From Octopus sinensis (taxonomy: Eukaryota), in NCBI RefSeq assembly GCF_006345805.1, contig NC_043005.1, positions 68,882,001 to 68,946,000 of the forward strand: a stretch of DNA of 64,000 bases, given 5' to 3'. The translations under genes were made by a program, and so were the position numbers. Below are positions 27,700-41,450 of the stretch, piece by piece. The first letter of the stretch is position 1, and each line of letters opens with the position of its first letter. A model generated the notes under the pieces. It worked only from the letters and a program-made list of their open reading frames with translations, made no database searches and was not told the DNA's origin.

Positions 27700-28204
27700 A
27701 CTTAATTTATCAAAAGACCAGAGCATGTTCGGTTCGAAGGCATGCTTGTGTTCATTGAAAAGACTCGTAGCGTGGTCCTTCCTCTTGTGTTTGACGTCTT
27801 GGGATAAAAATCGGCTCTTTCTAATTTTGTATGAGGAATACCGAATGAATTCATGCCTGATAAGAAATTGAGAAACTCCATATCCTGGTGATGAATCTGA
27901 TTGCCTTGAAGAGATCGTTGTCAATCATGGCCTGGATGGCATCAACAAATTCGGGAATCCTTTTCTTATCCGAACGATCAGAGTGAGACTTCCGAGCAGC
28001 CGTACCTTTATAATCAACATTAAACTCATTCAGCTCTTTCCGAATCCTCTGCACTGCCCTGAGCCTAACCCTCAAATAACTCTGATATTTTCGTATTGAA
28101 GCTTCCAGTGCGAATGCAATGGAGTATAGCAAACCGTTTCCAAATGCGCAAGTGCGAAATTTAAAATATAAAATGGTGATACTTCACCAACCGTATCCTC
28201 CGTG
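27700..28204 (-). mobile_element. Tc1/mariner-superfamily relic, probably DD37D (maT-like), 5' half
   Basis: VQRIRKELNEFNVDYKGTAARKSHSDRSDKKRIPEFVDAIQAMIDND[fs]EFIRYSSYKIRKSRFLSQ…PNMLWSFDK; terminus CACGGAGG abuts (TA)n at 28205. Confidence 0.75.
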
Positions 28205-28258
<54 letters not shown>

Positions 28259-29462
28259 TGTGTGTCTGAGTGCATTTATATGCATATGTAATTATAGATC
28301 TGTACATGCAATTACAAGAGTCATATGAAATGGTTTCTAATATAGCTGACGGCGTGGGAAGGTGTTTTATGGTACTTCATGAATAGTTCCAAAATGAACA
28401 AATTTGTAATAGTCTCCAAACATTTAAGACACATTTAAAATCAATTCTTATGTAATAGAAACCTATCATTTCTTAGTCACTTTTCGTAGGCGTTTGGTGA
28501 TATCAATGTTAGGAAAAACAGTGAAACCTCTGATAGGAGAAATATCATTAATCGATATGAAAATTTGTTCATGTTTCCATATTTTTTATATGCTGTATTA
28601 AGTCAATTTTATTCTTTCCTCTGACAACTGCATAAATTAGTGAAAGAGCAGTCTATTTTAGTATAGAATGGAGTCTTTAAAATGTATCACTTTTAAAATA
28701 TATCATATATGCTGTAACTGCTCATATTTTATATTTCATAGGAACGAATATCTATTCTAAATTCATTTCTATGTTCTAATTTCGCTTGCCTTAAGCACTA
28801 AGAGTACTTTTCTGTATAAGCTGTGGATTCGTCTCTTTTACTGTACCGACCCACTGGTTCCCCTATGCCTATTATTGCATTGCTCAGTCTTCGAGTTATT
28901 TATCTGCAGGAGCGTCTTTTGTTCTGCAAGCCCCCAAAACAGGACTGCGCGAAAACGAATATTGCCGTTTTTACTGACTGTCCATCGGCCCCAAATTTTA
29001 GACTCCACAAAGGAATCATTCACTCAGGCGGCCACCAAATCAGGCAGAGCTGCTAATAATGTACTGATGTTAACAACTGTATTGTTAAGCTACTTTAAGT
29101 CAAAATCTGCATGTTAACAAAGGCTTTTCCGAACCTGCATAGAAAGTTCGATGAGTTAGGTGGTTGGTTCTCACACTAGATATAAGCAGTGCCCGTTGTT
29201 CTGTCTATGTTTCCAGGAACTGTGGGTTATTTCGAACTCCCTAACAGATCTATCATGAGACACAACTACATGTATATCCTTTTGTCCTGAGAATTCTGAC
29301 GCGGAAGATTAAACAGACAACTCAAGAAGAGCTTTGGGATGTTCAGATGATAGATGAACACAAGGGACGAAATTTCAATAACAGGAAAGTCATTCAGAAA
29401 CCATATTTATAGTATTCACATTACGTGGCTTTCATAAGGAAAATCAACTCAGTCCGGCATAT

Positions 29463-29880
29463 GTTAGTTAGTTAGTTAGTTAATTTGGCTCATAAGCAAA
29501 TAGCAAGGCCATGTAGGGGGACATGGAGTTAAGTACAGGGTGGTGTTCATGTAAAGAGTTCAGGCCACTTGAGGTCCAGGGAGGCTTTGAACAAAGCGGT
29601 CGTCGGCATCTTCACCATCTCGTCTGGCAGCTTGTTCCACGGATCCGCAACCCGGACGGAGAAAGCTCCTCTCCTTCGATTGAGATGAAATCGTCGCAGG
29701 TAGAGCTTTTGGGAGTGACCCCGCAGCCGACGCTCCGGAGCAGGAGTGAAGAACAGCTCTTTCGAGAGGTTACACTTCCCGCTTATGATGTTGTGGGCGA
29801 GAATGAGATCACCACGGCGGCGGCGTTTTTCAAGAGAACAAAGGTCGAGCGTCCTCAGCCTTTCTTCGTAGGACGTGTTA
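29463..29880 (-). mobile_element. 5'-truncated CR1-clade LINE 3' end with (CTAA)n tail
   Basis: SYEERLRTLDLCSLEKRRRRGDLILAHNII…RGHSQKL…FSVRVADPWNKLP…FKASLD; tail reads GTTAGTTAG on the plus strand at 29463-29482. Confidence 0.9.
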
Positions 29881-30589
29881 CAGAGGATAGAGTGATCGGA
29901 CGCAAATACTTAATTTACTGGGCAGGCTCTACTCTGTTAAGCTGTTAGTTGTTTGAGTAAAACGCGAGCATACAGACAGTGATATAATCTCGATATTTAA
30001 TATAACTTACTGCAATTACATTTCTTAACATTCTGAAATATATCCTTGTTTCGGAATACTAGGATTCAAGTAAACTTTTATTAGATATTTCCAATTATAT
30101 GATTTCAAGTGTTTCCCTGTAGTATTATGTATTATTCATTACTCCATTTCTACATTTCCTTCTATCTTACTATTTTCTTTTGCTCATATATATATCACAG
30201 ATTATTAAGTATGCTCCTTTGTGTTAGCACTCTAATCAGTTATTGAAGTTCTTCCCAATATTAATACTAACACCTTCTCACATACGTACTTTTATCTTAT
30301 TTCTAATTTAAATATTACTTATACTTTGTTGGCTTGTTTCGGGTATATACAATTTAAGAGAGGAAATCCAACGGATTACACATTATTTAGATATGAAATT
30401 TTGCAGACGATATTTCGAAATTTAATGAATATGCATCCATATACACGTCACACCATTTCTTGAGCTTATTGATTATTCTGTCCCTTCTCCTTACCATATT
30501 TTCAAGAAATATTAGATATTAAATAAATAATTATTGCTGTAATTTGTGAATCATTTTATGGTGAAAACAAATCATGTTTTGAATCAAAC

Positions 30590-30656
30590 GCGTGGATATA
30601 CATACATCGTACATACATACATACACACAAACACACACACATATATATATACATAT

Positions 30657-30751
<95 letters not shown>

Positions 30752-30760
30752 TATTTACGT
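30590..30760. repeat. (TACA)/(TA)n microsatellite
   Basis: Direct reading. Confidence 0.9.
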
Positions 30761-32044
30761 ATATTCATATACGCATGCTTTCATGCGTGTGCGTTTATAT
30801 ACGGATATAAATTGTTCGATGGCTGAACAAAATATATGTGAATATCTATATAAATGTATAACTTAAAAATATGAACTAAAATGTGAAAACTAGGTTTATA
30901 TTTGCATAAAATAAAATAGTTAAGGGCTAATTTCCGGAATCATAGAGCAAAACGTAGGTCTCGGCAGACAATCTTCCTGCAGCAATTGCATCCGATGTTG
31001 TACTTGATTTGTTTACACGTGTGATCCCCACTCCACATACATCTAATTAATTTTAAGTTGGTCAGGAAAATCACACGCCTTTATTAGATAACATGATATA
31101 TCTGAATTAGTCGGAAGGCATCGTCTAAAATTCTTGATATGTATGCTAACTATCGCATTATGTGTATAAAATTAATTTCATTCGATTATGCCTCTACTGA
31201 AATTATATGGCAAATAAGATGGTAGTAGCATCTACGGGCATCCATAAGACACGATCTCCAAAGGGACGGTTTCAGTAAAATTTTGATTCACAACAGTGTG
31301 AGTGCTGTATCGAAATTATATATTATATATTAATAGGAAATCAAATGCTCTGAAAATTTGGAGAAGACGGACGATGCACACCAGATATTTGAGGCTTTAA
31401 TTAGGATATAACAGATGCATGCACGAATATATACATAAATACATAACCATGAGATGGTATTGTTTACAAGGCGTTTCAAAATACTCTACGCAAGAACGAT
31501 TATACTGACGGTCATAGCAACAACATAATAAGAACAGAGATTAAATATACATTGAAAATATGAGTACTGGTGGAACATTCTAATAAAACGGTAAAATAGA
31601 GTCAGCACAGGAGGCCACATACAATTGCATAGGACAAGGATCAGCCAGTCTTTAACGTAGAGAACTGTGGCTTAGATAAGAAGAAAGTAAGTTATAAACC
31701 TAGAGAGAAGGATAACATCTATGGAGAAATTATGAGCAAAAAACAGCTCTTATTTCCAAGTTACATATTTTCATTGCTCCTTTTATCTCCATTTCATATA
31801 ATGGGTAGACTTACGGATAAAAGCAGAAATAAATATTCCATACATATACAGGAGCACCCACTAGCACAATTCCATCCACCTACGATCACATGTATGCAAA
31901 CATTAACTAACTGAGGTTACAAAAGTGGTGTTGCTTTAAACAAAAGTGTCGACACATGGTTAGTGACATTATAATTCCTGCAAAGCAGGATTTCACAAGA
32001 ATTCATTTACAGTACAAAAGTACATACATACGTGCATCCGTAGT

Positions 32045-32051
32045 ACTATGC

Positions 32052-32142
<91 letters not shown>

Positions 32143-32281
32143 CATGAATATAGCAACCAACGTTCGATAAGTGCCAACAAGCGAAAATCTCGGACCATGA
32201 GTCCCTGTGTTGCTCTTTTGAATGTCAATACGTATACACATACATGCATACATACATACATACATACATACATACATACAC

Positions 32282-32313
<32 letters not shown>

Positions 32314-32917
32314 GTATATATATATGTATATGTGTGTGTGTACATATATGTACATACACACACACATACACACATATATATGTATATACATACACAAATC
32401 TACATACATGTGTATATATTGATATAACACGGTGTTGAGTTCCATAGGGTTCATACATAGTGCGACAAATTTTATGCGTTTCGCTTCTGTAAACAAGCTT
32501 GATATAATCAGAAAATTTCATGTTACAAAGTCAATTTACGGCTTTCAAAACTTAACTAGTGTGTGCATCCATTAGTTAGATAACACAGCAACACTCTCGG
32601 TTTGTTTTAATAATCAATTGAACAGCGTTTTGACAATTATCCAGCAACATCTATATCATTCACTCCTTCAGAATGTAAGAAAATTTTCTCAGAAGCATCG
32701 AGATACAACCAAAACTATATGCGTCTTTTTCTTGTCAGTAAACTTACATATACTCATATACAGGCGCAATCGCATTAATTACATAGCAGCATGCTTACAT
32801 ACGCGTATTTATATCTCCCTCCACAGCTCTTTCTTTATATGTATATAGATACATGGAAAAAAAAAAATATATATATAAATACACGCACACACATATATTG
32901 ATGCATATATATGTATG

Positions 32918-32979
<62 letters not shown>

Positions 32980-33165
32980 TCAATATATGTGTGTGAGTGT
33001 ATTTATATACACATGCACACTTGCACCTACACATATATATATATATATATGGAGGATTGTGTGTATACACACACATACATGCATATATATAATTTTACAC
33101 AAATACAAACATAAATACATATCGCACATACATACATGCATACAGGCACACGTTTGTGTATGTGC
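32045..33165. repeat. Two compound (TA)/(TACA)/(CA) microsatellite blocks (32045-32420, 32865-33165)
   Basis: Direct reading; ordinary AT-rich sequence lies between them. Confidence 0.85.
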
Positions 33166-33802
33166 AAGTATGCAACACGATTGTTTCCCCTATTTTCTAA
33201 TTTTCTACTTGCCTGAAAAATTGATCAATCTAGTGAAAGTAGAAAAAATAATCAAAGAGCACGAAGAAACAGCGGGAGAAGATAAGCAGCGAAGTGTTCC
33301 TTATTTTCTTTATTGATTATCTATTTGTTCTTCCCCAATTGTTGTTCGTTATTTTATAAATATTTGCCTCCATTGATTTTATTTGTTTTACTCCTATAAT
33401 ATCGTCTACGTTTTAACATACATACACGCATGCAGATATTATAATACAAGTAATATATCAGTTTTATTTTAGGCCAAAATATTTGAAAATAATCCATATT
33501 GACAACAAAAAGAAAGAAAGCGGTATTGAATTTGCTAAATATGCAAATCACCAATGTAACGATAAATATGGAAGATTCAACGTCATGTGCAATGAAATAA
33601 CAATAAACAAACTATAGTCATAAGCTTATAGATAAATACACATGTATATGCATATTTCTGCAGAAATCAATGATTAAATACATGAGTAACTACAGCCATA
33701 AATTGATATTTTTGTGAGATATTGCTACTGTTTGTCTCTCCATATTCCGCAACATACACACAAGCCATACACACCTACATACATATATACATGTTCACAG
33801 AG

Positions 33803-33863
<61 letters not shown>

Positions 33864-33944
33864 TATCTATATGTATATTTACATATTATATATATATGTG
33901 TTTAATAATTAGAAGACAAGTGTACGTGCACAAGAAATGTATTA

Positions 33945-34075
33945 GCTTGCCGCTCGGTAATAGGAGTGGGTTTGATATTTCGATCATGACTCTTCGTCGG
34001 AAAAGAGAAAGGGTAAGGCCACTGAAGGAAAAGAAATCTCCATCAGCACGTGTGTACCGACATTGCAGAAGTCAT
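33945..34075 (-). repeat. Short repeat between (TA)n tracts with a hammerhead-like relic
   Basis: Minus strand 34004-33969: TTTT-CCGACGA-A-GAG TCAT GATC-GAAA-TATC-AAAC; core and stem II imperfect. Confidence 0.35.
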
Positions 34076-34084
34076 GATATATGC

Positions 34085-34127
<43 letters not shown>

Positions 34128-34844
34128 ATATATATTATATATATATATATATATATATGGAGTTGCTTGAAACGGTCGTTCTGCATTACCTCTGGATATC
34201 CTTGTTGCTTATTTTTATTATTATTATTATATATATATAGATATATATGATGTAACTTACTAAACATAGTTCAACAAATTCAATCATAATTTACATAAGT
34301 AAATGAGATTAGATGATAATATGGTATGATAATTTTTATTCTATAGCTATATAAGCATTTCATAGAGAAAGACAGTAAGTCCATTTTAAGAATCTGAGTG
34401 GTCAAAAAGTACTCATTACTAGCCGAAAAGATGGAAAAAGCTGAAACGACATTAGGATTACACAAGTGTGATGATTTTAGTCATTTTTGTAATGTGCCTT
34501 TGCCCTTGGAGTTATGTCTCTTTAACACAAGACTAAGGAATGATGCTTGGATGCTGATATATATAATACTAATAGGGGTAACATTCTCCCTAAAGATTAG
34601 GAAGAGGAGCTAATTTAAAACTCCCATATATGTAGTAAAAACCTGGTGTTGTTGCATCTTACGGAAAAGGACTACCAAAATAAGGAAGTCCGGTGATTTG
34701 AAATACTGGGGACTAAAATTTATAATTGAATCGTCAATAATCAATAGGGCTAAGTAATTAGAAAAAATGTTTTATTGTAATCATAGATGTTTTGTGAAAC
34801 TTAGATAAACTATCTAAGTTTATATAAGTTTATATATATATGTG

Positions 34845-34907
<63 letters not shown>

Positions 34908-35869
34908 AATGTATAAAACATCTTATACAACAATGGTAACGAGTGCTCAGCAATGCCTTGGTGGATAAATATTCTTTATATATAGGCTAAGTCTAACATT
35001 GTTCTCATGTTAAGGGAGATAACTCAACAATTTTCAGGTCTATTACATGAACATCAATGTTCATTTCCATTTTGGATTAAAGTGTATATGCTGGAGTGGT
35101 AGTGGTGGTGTGCGCATGTGTGCTTATGTTTGCCTGTGCCTGTGTGCATTTATCTGTAATTGGTCATGCTTGTATTTGCTTGAGTGTGTCTATGTTATCT
35201 GGTTATTTCTCTCAATATGTATCATGTATTTATTTGTGTAAGTACTTGGTAGACTTTATACTGCTTTATATCATGTCATTCATAACAATATTTAAACTTG
35301 TAATATCATATCTATATTATTATTTCGTTTCTTTAGATAATATTGATTAAGATTTTACTCAGAAATTGGTTTCTAAAATTACTTCACAAACCAGCATGGA
35401 ATCAACTCTGCATTACTTTACTAAATCTTATTGCAACGTATTACGTTTATCATCCTCTAATATTCTCGGACATATATTCATATTACTTTTTGCTTTGATA
35501 AACTTACAAACATAGAACTTGTAAGATTTACATTTTGCATTATACTGTCATCTCATCATTAGTCTAATTGAATATTCATATTCATTTTTCTTTTAAATGT
35601 TGTATTTATCTGAATATCTATCTGCACTCTCTGTCGCTCTCTCTCTCTCTATATATATATGCTAATATAATACATATCGGTTTCAAGACACCTCATAATC
35701 TCAGACAATTTAATTTTTCAGTTACAACTTGTGATCTCCAGACTGAGGAATTGAAGTACGATATTATATAACATGCACTCTGTCGTCTAGCGCCTCAGCA
35801 CATAATTAACCAATAAAAATTGACAGTATAGGCTTCACAAACAAATAACTATTTCCGTTGGTCGTTTTA

Positions 35870-36400
35870 AAATGTTCTTGTGACCTTCATTAACGACCTT
35901 CATTTATACATAATGTGACTTCACGTGGATAATGGGGCTCCATGCATCGTTAGGAGCTTTTGTGATTTCTTGTCCATCGCCTTTAGCTCTTCCTCTGTCC
36001 ACCCCAGTATTCCAGCACCATACCGATCCACAACGATTGGCTGCAAGTGTATTGCCGAAATTATGTTTGTAGCATTCAGCTTTCACTTCATGTAGTGGAG
36101 TTCGATTTCATCTGCCCCGAGTATTCCCTGGTATTTATAGCTGGACTGATGTTGAATTAGCTTCATTATTTCACCACTTGTCAACCATATGCCTTCTGTC
36201 CCGGCAAACTTTCCTCGTCTCATCACCATCGTAGCACATTTTGAGAGTTCATACTCTATCTCAATATCATTGGAAAAAATCTGCACAGATTGAACTAGGC
36301 TGTCCAGTTCTGCCTCACTTTTTGTGAATAGGCTCAATTCGTCCATGAATAGCAAGTGGTTCAATTTTCCCTTACCCCATTTCAAATCAAAAAACCAACT
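35870..36400 (-). mobile_element. R4/Dong-type LINE reverse transcriptase fragment
   Basis: KLNHLLFMDELSLFTKSEAELDSLVQSVQIFSNDI…SKCATMVMRRGK…SYKYQGIL (FMDD motif region) and downstream RT thumb sequence after a frameshift. Confidence 0.85.
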
Positions 36401-36569
36401 TAGTTTTCAAAAGTATTTCTGTCGAGTGAATCATTCCCAGTACGAATATCAGCGGGGACACACTGTCCACGTGGAGGATACCCCACTTGATATTCACCTC
36501 TCCTAATAATTGCTTCGCTGCAGTCAATTCCCTTATTATTGCCGTTATTATTACTCTTTCTCTTTTACC

Positions 36570-36761
36570 CTTTTACTTGTTTCAGTCATTTGACTGCGGC
36601 CATTCTGGAGCACCGCCTTTAATCGAGCATCTCGACCCCGGGACTTATTCTTTTGTAAGCCCAGCACCCACTCCATCGGTCTCCTTTTGCCAAACCGCTA
36701 ACATAAACACACCAGCATCGGTTGTCAAACAATGCTAGGGACACACACACAAACACACTCA

Positions 36762-36838
<77 letters not shown>

Positions 36839-37008
36839 CGACGGGCTTCTTTCAGTTTCCGACTACCAAATCCACTCACAAGGCTTTGGTCGGCCCGAGG
36901 CTATAATAGAAGACACTTGCCCAAGGTGCCACGCAGTGGGACTGAACCCGGAACCATGTGGTTGGTAAACAAGCTGCAAGCTACTTACCACACAGCCACT
37001 CCTGCGCC
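36570..37008 (-). mobile_element. SINE family A, complete copy
   Basis: Head GGCGCAGGAGTGGCTGTGTGGTAAG…GGTTCAGTCCCA (A/B boxes) ending at 37008, central (TA)(TG) tract, 3' part to CTGAAACAAGTAAAA. Confidence 0.92.
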
Positions 37009-37014
37009 TATTTC

Positions 37015-37019
37015 ACCAC

Positions 37020-37069
<50 letters not shown>

Positions 37070-37215
37070 GTAGTAGTAGTAGTAGTAGTAGTAGTAGCAG
37101 CAGTAGTAGTAGTAGTAGCAGAAGCAGTAGTGGTAGTAAGCAGTAGTAATAGTAGTAGCAGCAGCAGCAGTAGTAGTAGTAGCAGCAGCAGCATTAGTAG
37201 TAGTAGTAGTAGTAG
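37015..37215. repeat. (ATT)n/(AGT)n/(AGC)n trinucleotide tract
   Basis: Direct reading; forms the tail/target of the LINE to its right. Confidence 0.9.
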
Positions 37216-37560
37216 TATCATTGCCTTTGCACAGCTTCTAACACAGGAGATGTACTACGTTGACAGCTGTTCACTAGCAGTGAACTTATTTTTGGAGCAC
37301 CATCCGGAGTATTCGAGCGGTTCCAAGCAATGTTGTTTTCTGCAAGTGCTCCCTTCTTATTGCAGCCCCTATTTGTTCCATGCACTTCTCAAGACTTACA
37401 CTCACTATTCGCAGGACTCCGACAATTATTGGTATTACCACCACGTTTCATCGACCACAACTGCTTAACCTCCCGAGCTAACCTGTCATATCTGTCGATT
37501 TTCCTTCTTCTTTATCGCATATTTTGTTGTTAGCTGGGCATGCTATATCTATGATCCAAT
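37216..37560 (-). mobile_element. R4/Dong-type LINE 3' end (different subfamily from the 14.2-kb copies)
   Basis: IIDIACPANNKICDKEEGKIDRYDRLAREVKQLWSMK[fs]VVVIPIIVGVLRIVS…LQKTTLLGTARILRMVLQK*, running into the (ACT)/(AAT) tract. Confidence 0.8.
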
Positions 37561-39927
37561 ATGATTTTCTTTCTTTCTCAATTAAGACTATGTCTGGCTT
37601 CTTTCTTTTTCAATTAAGATTATGTCTGGCTGCTTTCTGAAACAGTCCCTGAATAAGAGTTGTTGAAGGATGTTGAAAGAAACACCTATGTTTCTAAAGG
37701 TGAATTATTCAAACCACAAAGAATTCCTTTCATCCCATGGTTATGATGCTCTCCTACTACTTATGCTCGTGATCAGACATGCACATATCGTGATCCACTA
37801 AGGGGCAGGCTCAACTGGTTAAGGTACAAAGAATATAAAATAAACGGACAAGCAAATCTATGGTATTGTGCAGAATATTTGCTGTAGCCCTACTTTTAAT
37901 ATTATTATTATTATTAGAGCATTTAAATCGAGACAATATATTACGACATTCAACATCTAGATTACGTGGGTTAAATTCAGTGGTTACATTGCAGCAAATA
38001 TAACAGAAATGCAAGCTTAGCACTGCATAATAACTGATGGCCAAAAAGAAAAAAAAAGAAGAAAAAAGACTCCCCTGCTACGCGGATAAAATGCGTTACT
38101 GAAATTATATAGGGAAGTTATGTTTTAACTTATATGTATGCGGATGTTGAGATTTATAAAGCTAAGCTAACAAGATGAGAAACATAAAAAAGATATGAAT
38201 TGAGAGAACAGATAACTGACCCTGAAGGAAATGAATAACAAACCATTGAATATAAAAGATGTAAGAGAGAATGTTACTACTGAAATATAACAAAACAAGA
38301 AGTACTCGACATCAAAGAACGCCCAAGAGAACAGACCTTGCTAAGACGCGTACATAATGTGTCTGTCTAAAAAGTGACAAATATTTTCTTTTTTGTCTCC
38401 TGCAAAAAATATACATAGAAAATATGACTCCAACACAAAAGGATTTAATTAACAAATAGATCAAATACAAAATCAAACAATGAAGCATCAGCAGTAAGAA
38501 AAGTGTAAATTCTCCAGGCGAGTAGACAGTGAATGAATCACCAGAGACAAGATGAATCAAAGCAATGAATACAGAAATTTGAATACCACAAGTAGCGTAT
38601 ACACTTCAGATTTGGAAATGATACCATCTCAATCAACTGATTAAAATATTTAACTAGGAATAACATCTAATATTTTAGCGCAAATTCAGAGAAAATGTAT
38701 AACTGGGTCTCTGGATAGAAATCCATTTTGATATCTACGTCCAAAGAAACAGCGAAATGTAAGCAACACCACAACTTTAGATTTCCGTGTACAGCTCGCA
38801 AATTTCACAATATTATCGCCGAGTCAAGGATTAGCAACCAGATTATTTTCGACAGTTTCCCTGGGAATATTAAGCATGAATAAAATAGCACCTTTATAGA
38901 TGCGCTATAGATGAAAGGGGCTAGAGGATCAAAATATCTCACTGAACCCCTAGCCGATATACAATGATGTACGCTGTATCAAATATTGTCATAATATATA
39001 GATGTTGAGAAAAAAACAATATATCATATTTTCGGGGTATTTTAGTATTTTTAGTCGATAATTTAGTGGCAAGAATTTGTAATCTGGTACACCTGATTTT
39101 ATGTGAGTCTTATGGAATTCGAGAAGAATATAACTGGATTTAATCAGCCCCATTAAACAAGCAGTTAATGAGAAAAGATAAGTTGACCTGAAATTACTGT
39201 CACATACTAATCAAAAGGCACTAATTTTGTTTTCAGAAAGAAGTACAGGAATTTCGCAAATGTAATATAACAATGTTATATTCACTCGTTATAACTGGAA
39301 ATAAAGATATCACAAAATAAAACGTCCATTTGTAAGTGTTGAAGTAAAAAAACTTCATGCTTTTATTAACTGCTTTCGATGTCATGCAGGATTTCGTGCA
39401 CTTTTATCTAGAAATATCTGGCTTTTACATCTCTATGTTCCTTCTATGTTATTTATGTTAGGTTTGTAGCAGCTAACAGCATCTTCGAAATGGGCATATA
39501 TTCTCCTTTATCAAATTGAAATCAGAATATTTCAAAATATTATTACAGCTGATTCTAGTTATATTTCGCTCAATGTTTTGTTTATATTCGGGTCACGTTT
39601 TCTCTGCCGTCACAAGTAGCATTTGAATGTATTCGAGTAGTTCATCATCATGCATATCATTGCCGTTAATCTGTCGTATTGCTTAAGAGAATTTGCTACT
39701 CTATTACAACATAAGAACCTACCAAATAGAAGTTTCCTATTGTCACAACATAACTCAGCAGAATTTCATGTACCTGTATTGCATAGAGTTAGCACAAGAC
39801 CTTGTGGAACACAAGGCCTCGTAGAAACAAATCCCATAAACATATATATTTTTAAACATATATACAAGATGTAACTACCGATATAAATCTTAGCAGATTC
39901 TGAAAATTTAATGATTATATTAAAATA

Positions 39928-40493
39928 TTGGGTTGTCCTGAATGCTCGTACCGAGTTTTAAAGGAAAGAAAAAGGTCAATAAATACTTACCATTAAATTT
40001 TTAATCAACAAAATATCAACCATGGTGTTGCACAATGCGTCTCCATCTTTCCTTTAACTTGAACATACCTCCTTCGCAGAATTGAGATGGTTTCATGGCA
40101 AAGACTTCATCAAGGTATCTTTTTACGCCAAACAAGGAATTGAAATTTTCATCATTAAGACTATTCTGCAGAGACCTGACTAAGTGGAAATCCGAAGGAG
40201 CAATATCTGGTGAATATGGAGGGTAGGGTAACACATCCCAGCCGAGATGCAGCAATTTTTGTCTGGTTCCCAAAGCATCAAGTGTCGAAAATGAACTTTT
40301 TTTCTTCCATTTTAAAGCGTTACAGAATTAACAACGGTTATAGGAACATAAACCTTCTTCCATGAAAAGATAGCTTAAAATGTGCTCGAAATGGAGGTGT
40401 AGTCAAATCCTATTTTATGAACTCAAACATGTTCTAAAATAAGTCGAAACGTAAGCTTACTATAAATCGGCACGAACTTTCTGGACAACCCAA
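39928..40493 (-). mobile_element. Internally deleted mariner (566 bp) with both TIRs and TA target duplication
   Basis: TIRs TTGGGTTGTCC(T/A)GAA flanked by TA at 39926-27 and 40494-95; MEEKK[fs]VHFRHLMLWE fused to GTRQKLLHLGWDVLPYPPYSPDIAPSDFHL. Confidence 0.92.
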
Positions 40494-40537
40494 TAATATT
40501 CTATTTTATTGTCTTAAAACATTAAATATTACTTTAT

Positions 40538-40677
40538 TTTCTACTCTAGGCACAAGGGTCAACATTTTTGGGGAGTGGGCCAGCCGATTAGATCGTCCCC
40601 AGTGCGCAACTGGTATTTAATTTATCGACTCCGAAAGGATGAAAGGCAAAGTCGACGTCAGTGGAATTTGAATTCAC
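40538..40677 (-). mobile_element. SINE family B copy (head truncated)
   Basis: TTTCTACTCTAGGCACAAGG…CCGAAAGGATGAAAGGCAAAGTCGAC…GGAATTTGAA. Confidence 0.85.
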
Positions 40678-41012
40678 TTAAAATATTAGTGTCCATTCAA
40701 AGTTGGTGGCTTTTGAATTACGAAAGCTTATAAAGAAGAAGGAGATAGAATGAACAGATAGAATAACAAAGGGGAGATAACCAACACTACAATATACATG
40801 GTAAAAATAAGGAAATCAGATGGGAATGATATATGGCATGTCCTGATGTTTATTTTTATATTCCGCCAACAAGTATTGTATTTTCAATGCGGACGTATGG
40901 AAAAATGTCGTTCTCGCAGTCATAAGAGACTAATGAGTTCGTTTAAAGATGTTGTCTTTCGAGAGTTAATATTGAACGTATATTTGACATGTTAATATAT
41001 ATAGTTTGGTTA

Positions 41013-41450
41013 AGGCAGCGAGCTGTCAGAAACTTCAGGACACCGGGCGAAATACTTTGTGGTATTTCGTCTGCTGCTATGTTCTGAATTCAAATTCCGC
41101 CGAAGTCGACTTTGCCTTTCATCCTTTCGGGGTCGTTAGATTTAGTACCAGTAGTTACACACAGGAGTCGATGTAATCGATTTAATCCTTTTCTTTGTCC
41201 TTGTTTTTCCCCTCTATGTTTAACCCCTAGTGGGCAATACAGAAATAAGAAACGTTAGCACACCGGGCGAAATGGTTAGCGGTATTTCGTCTGACTTTAC
41301 GTTCTGAGTTCAAATTCCACCGAGGTCGACTTTGCCTTTCATCCTTTCGGGTTCTATAAATTAAATACCAGTTGCGTACTGGTGTCAATCTAATCAACCA
41401 GCCCCCTACCCCCAAAATGTCGGGCCTTGTACTTAGATTAGAAAAGAATA
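41013..41450 (+). mobile_element. Head-to-tail dimer of SINE family B
   Basis: Unit 1 41013-41250 and unit 2 41250-41450 both contain CACCGGGCGAAAT…CAAATTCC…GTCGACTTTGCCTTTCATCCTTTCGGG. Confidence 0.9.

Noticed and set aside
28930-29280. Possible Ty3/Gypsy integrase C-terminal relic (LPFLLTVHRPQILDSTKESF…)
   Set aside because: Similarity too weak to call without a profile search; no LTR found.
29523-29948. 141-aa GC-rich plus-strand ORF
   Set aside because: Antisense shadow of the CR1 3' end.
31633-31686. 54-bp AG…GTAAGT-bounded open frame (DKDQPVFNVENCGLDKKK)
   Set aside because: Weak acceptor, no partner exons and no recognisable protein; expected by chance.
34797-34821. 11-bp perfect hairpin AAACTTAGATA-AAC-TATCTAAGTTT
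   Set aside because: Short, AT-rich and next to a microsatellite; no context to suggest function.
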